Shown here: piece after piece, positions 9,453-18,848 of the stretch
How positions within the stretch are numbered: the first letter of the stretch is position 1
Layout: every line of letters starts with the position of its first letter
Origin: Dehalococcoidia bacterium
GTDB taxonomy: Bacteria; Chloroflexota; Dehalococcoidia; Dehalococcoidales; BS750m-G39
Direction of reading: 5' to 3'
DNA length: 64,000 bases
Assembly: GCA_030608005.1 (NCBI GenBank)
Contig: JAUWIX010000003.1
Coordinates: 4,627 to 68,626, forward strand
Position numbers and translations under genes: made by a program
The notes under the pieces: generated by a model
What the model was told of the DNA's origin: nothing
Databases searched by the model: none
What the model saw: the letters and a program-made list of their open reading frames with translations, nothing else

Positions 9453-11636
9453 TTATTCTATCTTCTCCAGCTTAGCGAAATTCAACAGGAGTTTTTTCAC
9501 TCCTACCCCACTGGTGAAAGCAACTACCACCTCTTTATCACCTTTTACCGGCTGGCAGCTCACCACCACCCCATTGCCAAATTGGGCATGGCGGACATGG
9601 TCGCCGGCCTTGAGTTCTGGAGCGGCAACACTGGGAGCAGGAGCCTTGCCCCAGGAGTATATGGACGGCATTACCTGGCTCTCCTCCCCCTGCCACAAGC
9701 CGCTGCTGGCTATCAGGTGCTGCGGTATATCCTCCAAGAAGCGGGATGGTCTATTCACCGTACTTGAGCCCATAAGGCTGCGGCGGAAGGCATGAACCAG
9801 ATATACCCTTTGCTTGGCTCTGGTTATGCCTACATAGCATAGCCGCCTCTCCTCCTCCATCTGTTCTGGGTTGGCAAATGACCTGAAGTGTGGCAAGAGG
9901 CCCTCCTCCATACCAACAATAAACACCACGGGAAACTCCAGACCCTTAGCCTGATGTAGAGTGACCAGGGTTACCGCATCCACCGCCTCATCAAGACCAT
10001 CCACGTCAGATACCAGGGTTACCCCCTCAAGAAAGGCAGCTAAGCCCTCTGGGGGTTTCAAATCACGATACTCCCGGGCTACAGTGCGAAGCTCAAGGAT
10101 ATTTTCCCAGCGCTCCTCTCCGTCCTTTCCGCTCAGTATATATTCCTCATAGCCAGTTCGTTTTATAACCAAATCAAACAAATCAAGCAGGTTTAGCTCC
10201 TGGCCACGGGCGATAAATCCCCGCATCAAGCTTAGAAAACCAGCCAGTGCCTTACTGATACGAGGGCTAAATGGAGGCTGATGCTCCTCATTATCCTTTG
10301 GTTCAGCTATAAGTCGTAATGCCTTATACTGAGAGACACCTAGAGATTTTGCCCAGCCGGAAAGCTGGCTCAGGCTGCGCTGACCAATATCCCGCCCCGG
10401 GACATTGATGATTCTCAGCAGGCTAACGCTATCATGAGGGTTCTGGATGACCCTCAAATAGGCGATAATATCCTTTACCTCCCGCCTCTCGTAAAAGCGA
10501 GTGCCAGCTACCAACTTATAGGCTGTCCCGTAACGAATAAAAGCCTCTTCAAGGGCTCTTGACTGGGCATTGGTCCGATACATTACCGCACAGTCGCCCA
10601 GCCTAGCCTTCCCCTGCGCCACCAAACGCTCTACCTCGCTGACCACAAACTGGGCTTCTTCCTGCTCGGTGTAGGTCTCAACTACATTGGTCAGCTCACC
10701 TTGCTCATTATTGGTCCACAGCTCCTTAGGTTTGCGTTGCTGATTGGCTGAGATTATGTGAGACGCCGTTTCCAGAATGAGCTTGGTCGAGCGATAGTTC
10801 TGCTCCAGCAACACCAATTTAGCCTCAGGATAATCCTTCTCAAAGCTAAGGATATTGCGCAGGTCGGCAAACCTCCAGGAGTAAATCGACTGGTCTGGGT
10901 CGCCAACCACACATATATTGTGTCCCTTCCCGCCCAGTTGCTTTATGAGTTCATACTGAACCAGGTTGGTGTCCTGAAACTCATCCACCAGGATATGCAG
11001 GTACCGGGACTGATATCTAGACAAAGTCTCAGGGCTGTTTCTGAATAGCTGCACCGTTTTCATTAGCAAATCATCAAAGTCCAGGGCATTACTCTCAGCC
11101 AGTAGCTGCTGGTAGCGCTCATAGACCCGCCCCGCCACCTCCTCAAAGTAGCTGCGGGTATGCTGAATATAGTCTTGTGGAGTTAACATGCGGCTCTTAG
11201 CAGCAGTAATAGCTGAGGCTATAGCCCGGGGGACATATTGCTTGGGGTCAAGACCTACCTCCTGGATACCCCGCTTGAGCAGGCTGAGCTGGTCTTCCTC
11301 ATCATAGATTACGAACCTGGGGTCAATGCCTATAGCTTTGCCATCCCGACGCAGGATGCGGGCGCAGATGGCATGAAAGGTGCCAATGGTCAAATCACCC
11401 ACTGAACTGCCGATAAGCCGGTGAAGCCTCTCCTCCATCTCCCTAGCGGCTTTATTGGTGAAGGTAACCGCCATAATGCGGTGAGGGCTAATCCCACAAA
11501 CCGTAATAAGGTAAGCCACCCGATGGGCAATGACCCTGGTCTTGCCACTGCCCGGACCAGCTAAAATCAGCGCTGGTCCATTGATTGCCTCTACCGCTTC
11601 CCTCTGCGCCGGATTAAGCTCAGCCAGAATATCCAT
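9453..11636 (-). CDS. uvrD: ATP-dependent DNA helicase UvrD/PcrA (SF1)
   Basis: It has Walker A GPGSGKT, motif II DEFQDTN and the QNYRS motif. The protein is 727 aa. Confidence 0.9.
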   Translation of the reverse strand: MDILAELNPAQREAVEAINGPALILAGPGSGKTRVIAHRVAYLITVCGISPHRIMAVTFTNKAAREMEERLHRLIGSSVGDLTIGTFHAICARILRRDGKAIGIDPRFVIYDEEDQLSLLKRGIQEVGLDPKQYVPRAIASAITAAKSRMLTPQDYIQHTRSYFEEVAGRVYERYQQLLAESNALDFDDLLMKTVQLFRNSPETLSRYQSRYLHILVDEFQDTNLVQYELIKQLGGKGHNICVVGDPDQSIYSWRFADLRNILSFEKDYPEAKLVLLEQNYRSTKLILETASHIISANQQRKPKELWTNNEQGELTNVVETYTEQEEAQFVVSEVERLVAQGKARLGDCAVMYRTNAQSRALEEAFIRYGTAYKLVAGTRFYERREVKDIIAYLRVIQNPHDSVSLLRIINVPGRDIGQRSLSQLSGWAKSLGVSQYKALRLIAEPKDNEEHQPPFSPRISKALAGFLSLMRGFIARGQELNLLDLFDLVIKRTGYEEYILSGKDGEERWENILELRTVAREYRDLKPPEGLAAFLEGVTLVSDVDGLDEAVDAVTLVTLHQAKGLEFPVVFIVGMEEGLLPHFRSFANPEQMEEERRLCYVGITRAKQRVYLVHAFRRSLMGSSTVNRPSRFLEDIPQHLIASSGLWQGEESQVMPSIYSWGKAPAPSVAAPELKAGDHVRHAQFGNGVVVSCQPVKGDKEVVVAFTSGVGVKKLLLNFAKLEKIE

Positions 11637-11659
11637 TTATAGCCATTATAACATTGGCA
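11608..11659. repeat. Direct repeat copy A (uvrD extended -10 promoter plus first 10 codons)
   Basis: gccggattaagctcagccagaatatccatttatagccattataacattggca is repeated at 16349-16399. By hand alignment about 46 of 52 positions are identical, and the first 32 nt have one mismatch. Confidence 0.85.
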
Positions 11660-11689
11660 GCTAATGGTTGAAAGGCACAAACCCTGTGA

Positions 11690-12029
11690 GCTAGTTCAGA
11701 TAGATTGGTGACATAGATTATCATGCTTTGTTTCTCCGCAGCATTGACCCCATCCCCCTGACCCCCTTCCCCTAAAGGGGAAGGGGGAAGTAGTTTTAAG
11801 AGGGGGCAAAGCCCCCTCTTTTTTATTCCTCCCCCTCATGCCAAGAATACATCTCCCCATCACGGAGAGAGATAAAGAAGGAGAGTCAAAGAGAGGCTTC
11901 GCCTCTCTTATATAACCAATTTTCCCCTCCCTTGTAAGGGAGGGGAAAAAGGGGGTGGGTTGCTAAGTAAATCTCTAAGGAGGTGAGGTGCAGAAAGTTG
12001 AAGTGCCACTAATCATATGAACGAGCACA
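11690..12029. repeat. Palindromic repeat cluster R3 (about 100-bp unit shared with 38378-38478, C- and A/D-units, module H copy 2)
   Basis: gctagttcagatagattggtgacatagattatcatg...cattgaccccatccccctgacccccttcccct-aaa-ggggaaggggg is the shared unit. The cluster also has aagagggggcaaagccccctctt and ataaccaattttcccctccctt-gtaa-gggagggg+aaaaagggggtgggt. Module H spans 11985-12029. Confidence 0.85.
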
Positions 12030-12033
12030 TCTA

Positions 12034-12086
12034 TTGACAGGCAACAGCTAAAGTTGTAGAATATATGCGGATATGCGAATATTCGC
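12034..12086 (+). promoter_or_regulatory. sigma70-type promoter and palindromic operator of the ars operon
   Basis: TTGACA (12034-12039), an exact 17-nt spacer, then TAGAAT (12057-12062). This is followed by the perfect 12-bp palindrome GCGAATATTCGC (12075-12086), just upstream of the arsR SD AGGAGG. Confidence 0.65.
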
Positions 12087-12103
12087 CTACAATAGGAGGA
12101 GCT

Positions 12104-12454
12104 ATGCAGGACTTGATTAAGACGATGAAGGCTCTATCCGATGAGACAAGACTCAGAATTCTAAATGTTCTACTGGAGAGAGAATGCTGCGTCTGCGAGG
12201 TTATGCAAGCCCTGGATATATCCCAGTCCCGGGCTTCACGCAACCTTGGCATTCTTGAGGACGCTGGTTTCTTAACAGCGAAAAGAGACGGAGCGTGGAT
12301 TGTTTATTCTGTGGACTGGCAGACAGCAAACCGCTACGCTACTCCCCTGGCTAAGCTGCTAAGAGATTCCCTTGATAGTAGTGAGGTAATAGCACAGGAT
12401 AAGGAAAGACTAAAGCACGCAGTGCGCATGGGTCCTACAGCGCTTGGGAAATAA
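12104..12454 (+). CDS. arsR: ArsR/SmtB-family metalloregulator
   Basis: The ATG at 12104 follows AGGAGG. The product has ETRLRILNVLLERECCVCEV (ELCVC-type metalloid-binding site inside the HTH) and is the first gene of the ars cluster. Confidence 0.8.
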   Translation: MQDLIKTMKALSDETRLRILNVLLERECCVCEVMQALDISQSRASRNLGILEDAGFLTAKRDGAWIVYSVDWQTANRYATPLAKLLRDSLDSSEVIAQDKERLKHAVRMGPTALGK

Positions 12455-12498
12455 AGAATTTGTCACTACCTTTGCGTGCTTATTGTGAGCTATAAGTA

Positions 12499-13548
12499 GT
12501 GGAATTATTTGTCAATCTTTTGCTAGCTGGTTTAATTGCTCTTAAAGATTATATTGCCCTACATGTGCTTACCTGTCTCATTCCTGCTTTTCTTCTCGCC
12601 GGCGGAATAGTAACCTTCGTTTCGCGAGAGGCTATTATCGGCTATCTTGGTGCTGCAGCCCGAAAGTTATCCTCCTTCGGCATTGCTGCTGGTGGTAGCT
12701 TCTTTGTCGCCGCCTGCTCATGCACCGTTATCCCGGTAGCCAGCGGCATTTATAGGGGTGGTGCAGGTATCGGTGCTGCCTTCATCCTGCTCTGGGTTGC
12801 TCCGGCGGCTAACATCCTGGCCCTAGTTTACCCCGGCTCAATCCTCGGTGCTCAGATGGTTGTAGCTAGGCTAGTAAGCGCCCTACTCATGTGCTTTGTC
12901 GTCGGCTTTGTTATGGTCTATGCCTTTTACCGGGAAGAGAAAAACCGCGTTTCCACTATCCAGATAAGCGGTCGGCAGTTGATGACTAGGAAGAATGTAG
13001 TACTGCTCCTGCTATTGGTAGCATGGCTGCTGGCACCGAATTACATCGTGTCTCAAGGGCCATACTGGCAAAAGGTGGTGGTCTGGGCAGTAGGACTGCT
13101 AGTGGTAGCAGCCTATGCTTTGAAGACTATCGATAGAGAGAGGATTAAAGCCTGGCTTAGCGAGACGTGGTGGTTTGTGCGCATCATCTTCCCCCTGCTA
13201 CTGGCTGGGGTATTTATCGTGGGGATTATCGGTGCCCTTCTGCCTCAGGAATGGATTCAGACCTGGCTCGGTGGAGAAGGGTTACGCCAATCATTTTTGG
13301 CAACGCTGATTGGCGCCGTTACCTACTTCGCCACCATGACGGAGGCGCCATTCGTGGATACCTTAATGAATCTGGGGATGGGTAAGGGACCAGCTCTAGC
13401 CTTGCTCCTCACCGGACCGGGAATCAGCCTGCCTAACTGGCTAGCTATTGCTCGAGTTTTCGGAGTGAAGAAAGCCCTTGTCTACATCCCGACCATTATA
13501 GTGCTGGGGACGCTGGTAGGATGGGTAGCTGGATTTATTCTAGGCTAG
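12499..13548 (+). CDS. Multi-pass permease of the DUF318/ArsP-like family
   Basis: 349 aa and very hydrophobic, with the conserved intramembrane AACSCTVIP cysteine pair. It sits between arsR and a redox-active thioredoxin-like gene, a gene context I recall as typical for this family. Confidence 0.65.
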   Translation: MELFVNLLLAGLIALKDYIALHVLTCLIPAFLLAGGIVTFVSREAIIGYLGAAARKLSSFGIAAGGSFFVAACSCTVIPVASGIYRGGAGIGAAFILLWVAPAANILALVYPGSILGAQMVVARLVSALLMCFVVGFVMVYAFYREEKNRVSTIQISGRQLMTRKNVVLLLLLVAWLLAPNYIVSQGPYWQKVVVWAVGLLVVAAYALKTIDRERIKAWLSETWWFVRIIFPLLLAGVFIVGIIGALLPQEWIQTWLGGEGLRQSFLATLIGAVTYFATMTEAPFVDTLMNLGMGKGPALALLLTGPGISLPNWLAIARVFGVKKALVYIPTIIVLGTLVGWVAGFILG

Positions 13549-13583
13549 CGTGAGTAACAATATTTAAGGAGGTGTTACACGAA

Positions 13584-13835
13584 ATGATTATCGAGGTTTG
13601 CGGACCGGGTTGCCCCAGGTGTCAGGCAACAGAGAAGAATGTGGTTCAAGCGCTGAAAGAGCTGGGAAAGGAACTCGGTGAAGAAGCGCAGGTAATAGAG
13701 ATTAAAGATATAAAACAGATTAGTGCCAGAGGAGTGATAATGACACCGGCTGTGGTCATCGATGGGGTGAAGGTATGTGAGGGCAGAATTCCTAGCCCTC
13801 AAGAGGTAAGGAGGTGGATTGGGGAGAGGAGATGA
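13584..13835 (+). CDS. Small thioredoxin-fold protein (redox-active disulfide protein 2 type)
   Basis: MIIEVCGPGCPRCQ carries the CxxC motif close to the N-terminus. The protein is 83 aa. The ATG at 13584 follows GGAGG, and the stop overlaps the next start (ATGA). Confidence 0.75.
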   Translation: MIIEVCGPGCPRCQATEKNVVQALKELGKELGEEAQVIEIKDIKQISARGVIMTPAVVIDGVKVCEGRIPSPQEVRRWIGERR

Positions 13836-14317
13836 GTAAAGGGAATTATATGACCATGCTGGCTAAAGTGAAGATATGGGGCTCGTTTTTGCTTATTAGC
13901 CTAGTAGCTGGTATCCTCTGCGCCTGTGGAAGTCCGGCTCCTGAAGTGCCTCCGGCTCCGGACACATCTTCTGTCCTGGCTGATAGGGTTGAGGTTGTCT
14001 ATTTTTGCCGGGCACAGCGCTGTGTTGGGTGCATCTATGCCGAAACCGGCACTCGCTACACACTGGAAACTTACTTTGCCGATGAATTGGCTAGTGAGAA
14101 GATAACCTTTGCCGTATTCAATGTAGAGGATGAAGGAAACGCTGCCATTATCAAGAAATATGACGCTTTTACCTCAGCCCTGTTTATCAACACCATAAAA
14201 GACGGCACTGACCACATCGAAGAGGTGACCGAGATTTGGTTCCACTTGGGCGACGATGAGGCGTTTGTCGAGGTGGTGAAGAGCAAGATCGAGCAAAGCC
14301 TTAGGGGAGAGGGGTGA
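13832..14317 (+). CDS. Secreted/lipid-anchored Cys-motif protein (possibly the ArsF-like partner of the downstream DsbD/ArsG-like permease)
   Basis: It has a signal peptide ending in LCAC and a CRAQRCVGC motif. It is translationally coupled on both sides. The ArsF/ArsG analogy is from memory of how such pairs are annotated and is not verified. Confidence 0.4.
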   Translation: MSKGNYMTMLAKVKIWGSFLLISLVAGILCACGSPAPEVPPAPDTSSVLADRVEVVYFCRAQRCVGCIYAETGTRYTLETYFADELASEKITFAVFNVEDEGNAAIIKKYDAFTSALFINTIKDGTDHIEEVTEIWFHLGDDEAFVEVVKSKIEQSLRGEG

Positions 14318-15033
14318 TGGATTTAGGTGGCATATTACATCAGCTCTCTGAGAGCCTTAATATCCCGGTGCTCTCAGCACTGTTTCTGGGGTTACTAACT
14401 GCCATTAGCCCCTGCCCCATGGCTACTAATATTGCCGCTATAGCCTATGTTAGCCGCAGGGTGACTGAACGCAAGTACGCTGTTATAACTGGAACACTCT
14501 ACACACTGGGGCGCATGTTTTCCTATTCCATCCTCGGAATCCTGATTATCGTGGCTGGCCTTGAAATCCCTGGAGTCGCTTCACTGCTTCAGGACTTTGG
14601 CGAGCAGGTCTTGGGTCCATTGCTGATAGTGGTAGGACTGATAATGCTAAACATCGACCGGTTTTCTTTCGGTCTGGGGGGTGGAAAGCTAGCTTCACTA
14701 GGGGAAAAGGTTGCTGACCGGGGTATGATAGGAGGGTTCCTGCTAGGGGCACTTTTTGCTCTAGCCTTTTGCCCTTATAGTGCTGTTTTATTCTTTGGAG
14801 TATTGATACCTTTGGCTCTTAAATCTACCGGCGGTGTAACACTACCTGCGGTGTTTGCCATAGGCACTGGGCTCCCCGTTTTAGTATTTGGCACTCTTCT
14901 ATCCGCTGGTGTAGCTGGGGTGTCCACCTGGCTCAACGCAGTCACCCGTGCTGAGAAGGTCATCCGCATAGTAGTTTCTATCATTTTTATGGGGGTGGGA
15001 ATATACTATGTGGTGCTCTGGATACAGGGCTGA
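14314..15033 (+). CDS. CcdA/DsbD_2-family thiol:disulfide transporter-like membrane protein (ArsG-family candidate)
   Basis: It has six predicted TM spans with conserved intramembrane Cys-Pro (AISPCPMA) and FCPYS motifs. Confidence 0.6.
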   Translation: MMDLGGILHQLSESLNIPVLSALFLGLLTAISPCPMATNIAAIAYVSRRVTERKYAVITGTLYTLGRMFSYSILGILIIVAGLEIPGVASLLQDFGEQVLGPLLIVVGLIMLNIDRFSFGLGGGKLASLGEKVADRGMIGGFLLGALFALAFCPYSAVLFFGVLIPLALKSTGGVTLPAVFAIGTGLPVLVFGTLLSAGVAGVSTWLNAVTRAEKVIRIVVSIIFMGVGIYYVVLWIQG

Positions 15034-15066
15034 TTCAGACTTTAGCAGGTAAGGCAGAGGCACGTA

Positions 15067-15276
15067 ATGCTTGAAATCAAAAAGACAGCTATCGGTCTGG
15101 ATGAAAAAGAATTGCTTGAGCTGGAACGAATCATTACTGACAGCAATGAGAAAGAGGCACTCAGTTTTCTGAGAAAAGCGGTTTACAATAAGATAACTCG
15201 CTCTCAGCAGGAAAGGCTGAAATCACATCTGGATACAGGCGGTAACCCGGTAGAAAGGTTTATTAAGAAAGTATAA
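15067..15276 (+). CDS. Small hypothetical protein (69 aa, Cys-free, helical)
   Basis: The ORF is wedged 2 nt upstream of acr3, with no recognisable motif. Confidence 0.35.
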   Translation: MLEIKKTAIGLDEKELLELERIITDSNEKEALSFLRKAVYNKITRSQQERLKSHLDTGGNPVERFIKKV

Positions 15277-15278
15277 CC

Positions 15279-16358
15279 ATGACTGAACCAAGAGGTGTAG
15301 TAGGCAGACTTCCACTACTGGACCGTTTCCTGACACTCTGGATTTTCCTGGCGATGGGTCTGGGGGTGGGCTTGGGCTATTTCGTCCCTAAAGTGGCTGA
15401 CTTCATCACCTTCTTCCAGGTGGATACCACTTCTATCCCTATAGCCATAGGACTCATCCTGATGATGTACCCACCGCTGGCTAAGGTAAGATACGAGGAA
15501 CTGGGCAGGGTATTTCGCAACTGGCGCGTGCTGGGACTGTCACTAATACAGAACTGGCTTATCGGCCCGGTGTTAATGTTTTTCCTCGCCATCGTCTTTC
15601 TGCGAGCCTACCCTGATTACATGGTAGGGCTTATCATGATAGGGCTGGCGCGATGTATCGCCATGGTCATCGTGTGGAATCAGTTGGCGAAAGGAGATAC
15701 CGAGTATGCCGCCGGTCTGGTGGCACTCAACTCTATCTTCCAGATAGTCTTCTTCTCAGTTTATGCATACATCTTCATAACGGTGCTGCCGGTAATGTTC
15801 GGCTTGGAGGGAGTTGCGGTGCATATCACCATCGGCCAGATAGCCCAGAGTGTATTTATTTACCTTGGTATCCCCTTCTTCGCGGGCATGATTACCCGTT
15901 TTACCCTTATCAAGGCGCGGGGACGTGAGTGGTATGAGAAAAAATTCATCCCTAAGATAAGCCCAATCACGCTGGCAGCGCTCCTGTTTACCATCGTGAT
16001 AATGTTCTCCCTCAAGGGCGACATCATCGTTGAGCTGCCGCTGGATGTGGTTCGTATTGCTATTCCACTTCTAATCTACTTCGTACTTATGTTCTTAGTT
16101 TCGTTCTATATGGGCAAGAAGATTGGAGCCGACTATTCCAAGACAACCGCTATCGCCTTCACTGCCGCCAGCAACAACTTCGAGCTTGCCATTGCGGTGA
16201 CGGTGGCGGTGTTCGGCATTGGGTCAGGGCAGGCTTTTGCTGCTGTTATTGGACCACTGGTGGAGGTGCCGGTGCTGATAAGCCTAGTAAACGTGGCTCT
16301 CTACTTCCAGCGAAGGTTCTTTGGCCAGGAATTGCAACCAGCGGTGATGCCGGACTAA
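15279..16358 (+). CDS. acr3: Arsenite efflux transporter, ACR3 family
   Basis: 359 aa with 10 TM spans and the ACR3 signature [13 protein letters not shown]. The last codons and stop lie inside direct repeat copy B. Confidence 0.9.
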   Translation: MTEPRGVVGRLPLLDRFLTLWIFLAMGLGVGLGYFVPKVADFITFFQVDTTSIPIAIGLILMMYPPLAKVRYEELGRVFRNWRVLGLSLIQNWLIGPVLMFFLAIVFLRAYPDYMVGLIMIGLARCIAMVIVWNQLAKGDTEYAAGLVALNSIFQIVFFSVYAYIFITVLPVMFGLEGVAVHITIGQIAQSVFIYLGIPFFAGMITRFTLIKARGREWYEKKFIPKISPITLAALLFTIVIMFSLKGDIIVELPLDVVRIAIPLLIYFVLMFLVSFYMGKKIGADYSKTTAIAFTAASNNFELAIAVTVAVFGIGSGQAFAAVIGPLVEVPVLISLVNVALYFQRRFFGQELQPAVMPD

Positions 16359-16399
16359 GCTCAGCCAGAATATCCATTTAGCTCATTATAACACTGGCA
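16349..16399. repeat. Direct repeat copy B (orphan copy of the uvrD promoter and 5' end)
   Basis: gccggactaagctcagccagaatatccatttagctcattataacactggca. On the minus strand it reads TGTTATAAT-gagctaa-ATGGATATTCTGGCTGAGC, matching MDILAE of uvrD. Confidence 0.85.
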
Positions 16400-16478
16400 C
16401 AAGGGAGTTCAAAAGAGGACGCTAGTTAAAAGCAGTTTAAAGGGGAGAGTTCAACCGACGACCATTCTCGTGCTTGAT

Positions 16479-17738
16479 TTAAGCAATTCCTGTATTCGTC
16501 TCCCGTCTGATGAGAACCAGCAAGAGGGTTGTTATTAGCATAGCGGCTGCCCCTATGGCAAAAGCTAGAGTATAACTATCAGTGTAATCAAATATTACCC
16601 CGCCGATAGCTGGACCAATAGCTGCCCCTATGGCAAAAGCTACATCTGTTGCCGCCATTATTAGTCCAAGGTTACGCCCCCCAAAATTATCAGCAACTAG
16701 CGTAACAGCAATAGTACCAAGACCTCCCCAGGAGAAACCAAAAACTATGGCAAATAGATAGAACATCCATAATTCCTGGGACCAGATTAACCAGACAAGC
16801 GCTCCAGCTTGAAGCAGGGTACAGATGATTCCCGGCACCTTTCTGCCGACAATATCTGAGACTCGGCCAGTTAGTGCCCTGGATAGAATGCTGAAGCCAC
16901 CCACTATACTGAGGATGATTGCCGCCTTCGCGGTTGAAACGCCTACATCAGTGGCGTAAGGCACAACATGAGTTATTACTAAGTTCATACACAGAGACAA
17001 GAGTAACCAGACAGCACCAAGAAGCCAGAAATTCCTGGTTCTAAATGCCTGCAGTAGTGATAAGTCGGTCGGTTGAGAGTCTCCCTCTCTGCTTTCTGCT
17101 TCTGAGCTACTTTCACCTATTTTTGCTCCATCGGTTAGAACCCCGATTTCACCAGGGTCCTTTCTTAAAATCATAGATAAAGAAATAACAACAACCCAGG
17201 CAATTAGCCCCAGCACAATGTAGGACGTGCGCCAACCAAGATTGGAAATAAGGTAAGTGGCAAACGGTGCCATAATTAGTATCCCTAACGCCCCTCCCGA
17301 GCCAGCGATACCTAATGCAAGTCCCCGCCTCTTATCAAACCATCTTGACACTGTTGACATCAGCACTGGATAGGCGGCACCGATTCCCATAGCAAATAAT
17401 AGGCTGTAACTTAGGAATAATTGGCACAAGGAGCTGGTCTGGCTGGTCAATAACAAGCTTACACCGGTTAATAAGCCCATTATGAAGATAACGAGTCTTG
17501 GTCCATACCTGTCCAGAGCCCAGCCACCTACCATGGTAAAGACGGCACAAAGTACCATGTGAATGGAGAATACACTAGAGGTAGCTGCCCGAGTTAGGTT
17601 AAACTCACTCTCCAGAGATTTGAAGAACACACCAAAAGACAAGCGTATGCCAAAAAAAGTAGTGGCAATAATGAGGGAGGTAGCTACTATTACCCAGCCA
17701 TAGAATATCTTATCTTTAATCATTAAGAACAATGACAA
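16479..17738 (-). CDS. MFS transporter
   Basis: 419 aa with about 12 TM spans and a central hydrophilic loop. It has an MFS-like GxxxDRxGPR motif (ALDRYGPR). Confidence 0.8.
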   Translation of the reverse strand: MSLFLMIKDKIFYGWVIVATSLIIATTFFGIRLSFGVFFKSLESEFNLTRAATSSVFSIHMVLCAVFTMVGGWALDRYGPRLVIFIMGLLTGVSLLLTSQTSSLCQLFLSYSLLFAMGIGAAYPVLMSTVSRWFDKRRGLALGIAGSGGALGILIMAPFATYLISNLGWRTSYIVLGLIAWVVVISLSMILRKDPGEIGVLTDGAKIGESSSEAESREGDSQPTDLSLLQAFRTRNFWLLGAVWLLLSLCMNLVITHVVPYATDVGVSTAKAAIILSIVGGFSILSRALTGRVSDIVGRKVPGIICTLLQAGALVWLIWSQELWMFYLFAIVFGFSWGGLGTIAVTLVADNFGGRNLGLIMAATDVAFAIGAAIGPAIGGVIFDYTDSYTLAFAIGAAAMLITTLLLVLIRRETNTGIA

Positions 17739-17907
17739 CTGCTGCCACTAAAAATATAGATTCTTAGAACTCAGTTCGTCTTTTGTTATTCAAGACAGCC
17801 ATTCTACAATACTTCCCTCTTAAAAAAGAAGAGGAGAAACAAGGCAGTAGGAGTGTCAAATAATTCCCAAGACACAAAATGATTAGAAAGGACTAAGCAT
17901 TCATAGC

Positions 17908-18837
17908 CTAGCCCTGATAGATATAGAGAGGCTCATTATCGGTGATGAGCTTGGTCTGCCTGGATAGCTCTTCTCTCAGGTATTTAGGTAAAGAGAAAAT
18001 CCCCTGGTGGGTCAGCCCGTCATAGAATTTGAGGTGGTTTAGTGACCGGGCTGAAATTCTACTATCCACCTCAGAGGCAGAAAGTAGAGCCGGGTTGAGA
18101 TTTGGCGAGGCTAGGCAGAATCCCCACGGACCACCAAAGCAAGGGACATCCGTCTGGTAAGGACAAACTATCGGAAAAACGCTTTTCAGCGTGTTATTGA
18201 CTGCGCCGAAGTTTAGTAATTCGGTCAGGGCTGCCGACCCGGCTTGAACAGTTATAATCCCATTTTCGGTAAGCCTGTCCCTGACTAGCTGATAGAATTC
18301 CCGGGTATAGAGTAAATAAGCTGGACCCTCCTCTATAGGGTCAGGCAAATCAATAATGATTATGTCAAATGCTTCCCGCGAGTTAGCCAGATAATCTCTA
18401 GCATCAACATGGAGTAATTCAGTTCGCTTATCTTCAAAGGAGCCTCGGCTGTAATTGGGGAGAAATTTTTGGCATAGAGCCACTACCTCCTCATCAATAT
18501 CAATCATCACTGCCCTTTTTACGGTATTATGAGACAATACCTCCCTCAAGGTGGCTCCCTCACCACCCCCAGCGATAAACACCGTCTCTGGGCAGGGATG
18601 GGTGAGCATTGATGGCTGAACCAAAGCCTCGTGATAGATAAACTCATCCGCCTCACTGGATTGAATCTTGCCATCCAGCACCAAACACTTACCGAAACTA
18701 CCACTACGAATAATTTCGGCAGATTGGAATCTGGTCTGCCCGCTATACAGCACCTTTTCGATGCTGTGCAGTTGAATTAAATTTCGGCTTACTCTATCGC
18801 AAAACCATTTATCGGGGTCTGTATCCATAGCTTTCAT
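17908..18837 (-). CDS. speE: Spermidine synthase
   Basis: It carries GGGEGATLREV and IIIDLPDP motifs. I chose the start at the internal ATG 18837 (MKAMDTD...) because the longer ORF would overlap the end of speH. Confidence 0.85.
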   Translation of the reverse strand: MKAMDTDPDKWFCDRVSRNLIQLHSIEKVLYSGQTRFQSAEIIRSGSFGKCLVLDGKIQSSEADEFIYHEALVQPSMLTHPCPETVFIAGGGEGATLREVLSHNTVKRAVMIDIDEEVVALCQKFLPNYSRGSFEDKRTELLHVDARDYLANSREAFDIIIIDLPDPIEEGPAYLLYTREFYQLVRDRLTENGIITVQAGSAALTELLNFGAVNNTLKSVFPIVCPYQTDVPCFGGPWGFCLASPNLNPALLSASEVDSRISARSLNHLKFYDGLTHQGIFSLPKYLREELSRQTKLITDNEPLYIYQG

Positions 18838-18848
18838 CTCAAACCACT

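Noticed and set aside
9394-11048. Several + strand ORFs inside uvrD (9394-9795, 9435-9767, 9961-10152, 10758-11048) and similar antisense ORFs inside carB, hdrA, AOR and others.
   Set aside because: They are shadow ORFs opposite long, motif-rich genes. They have no motifs or start signals.
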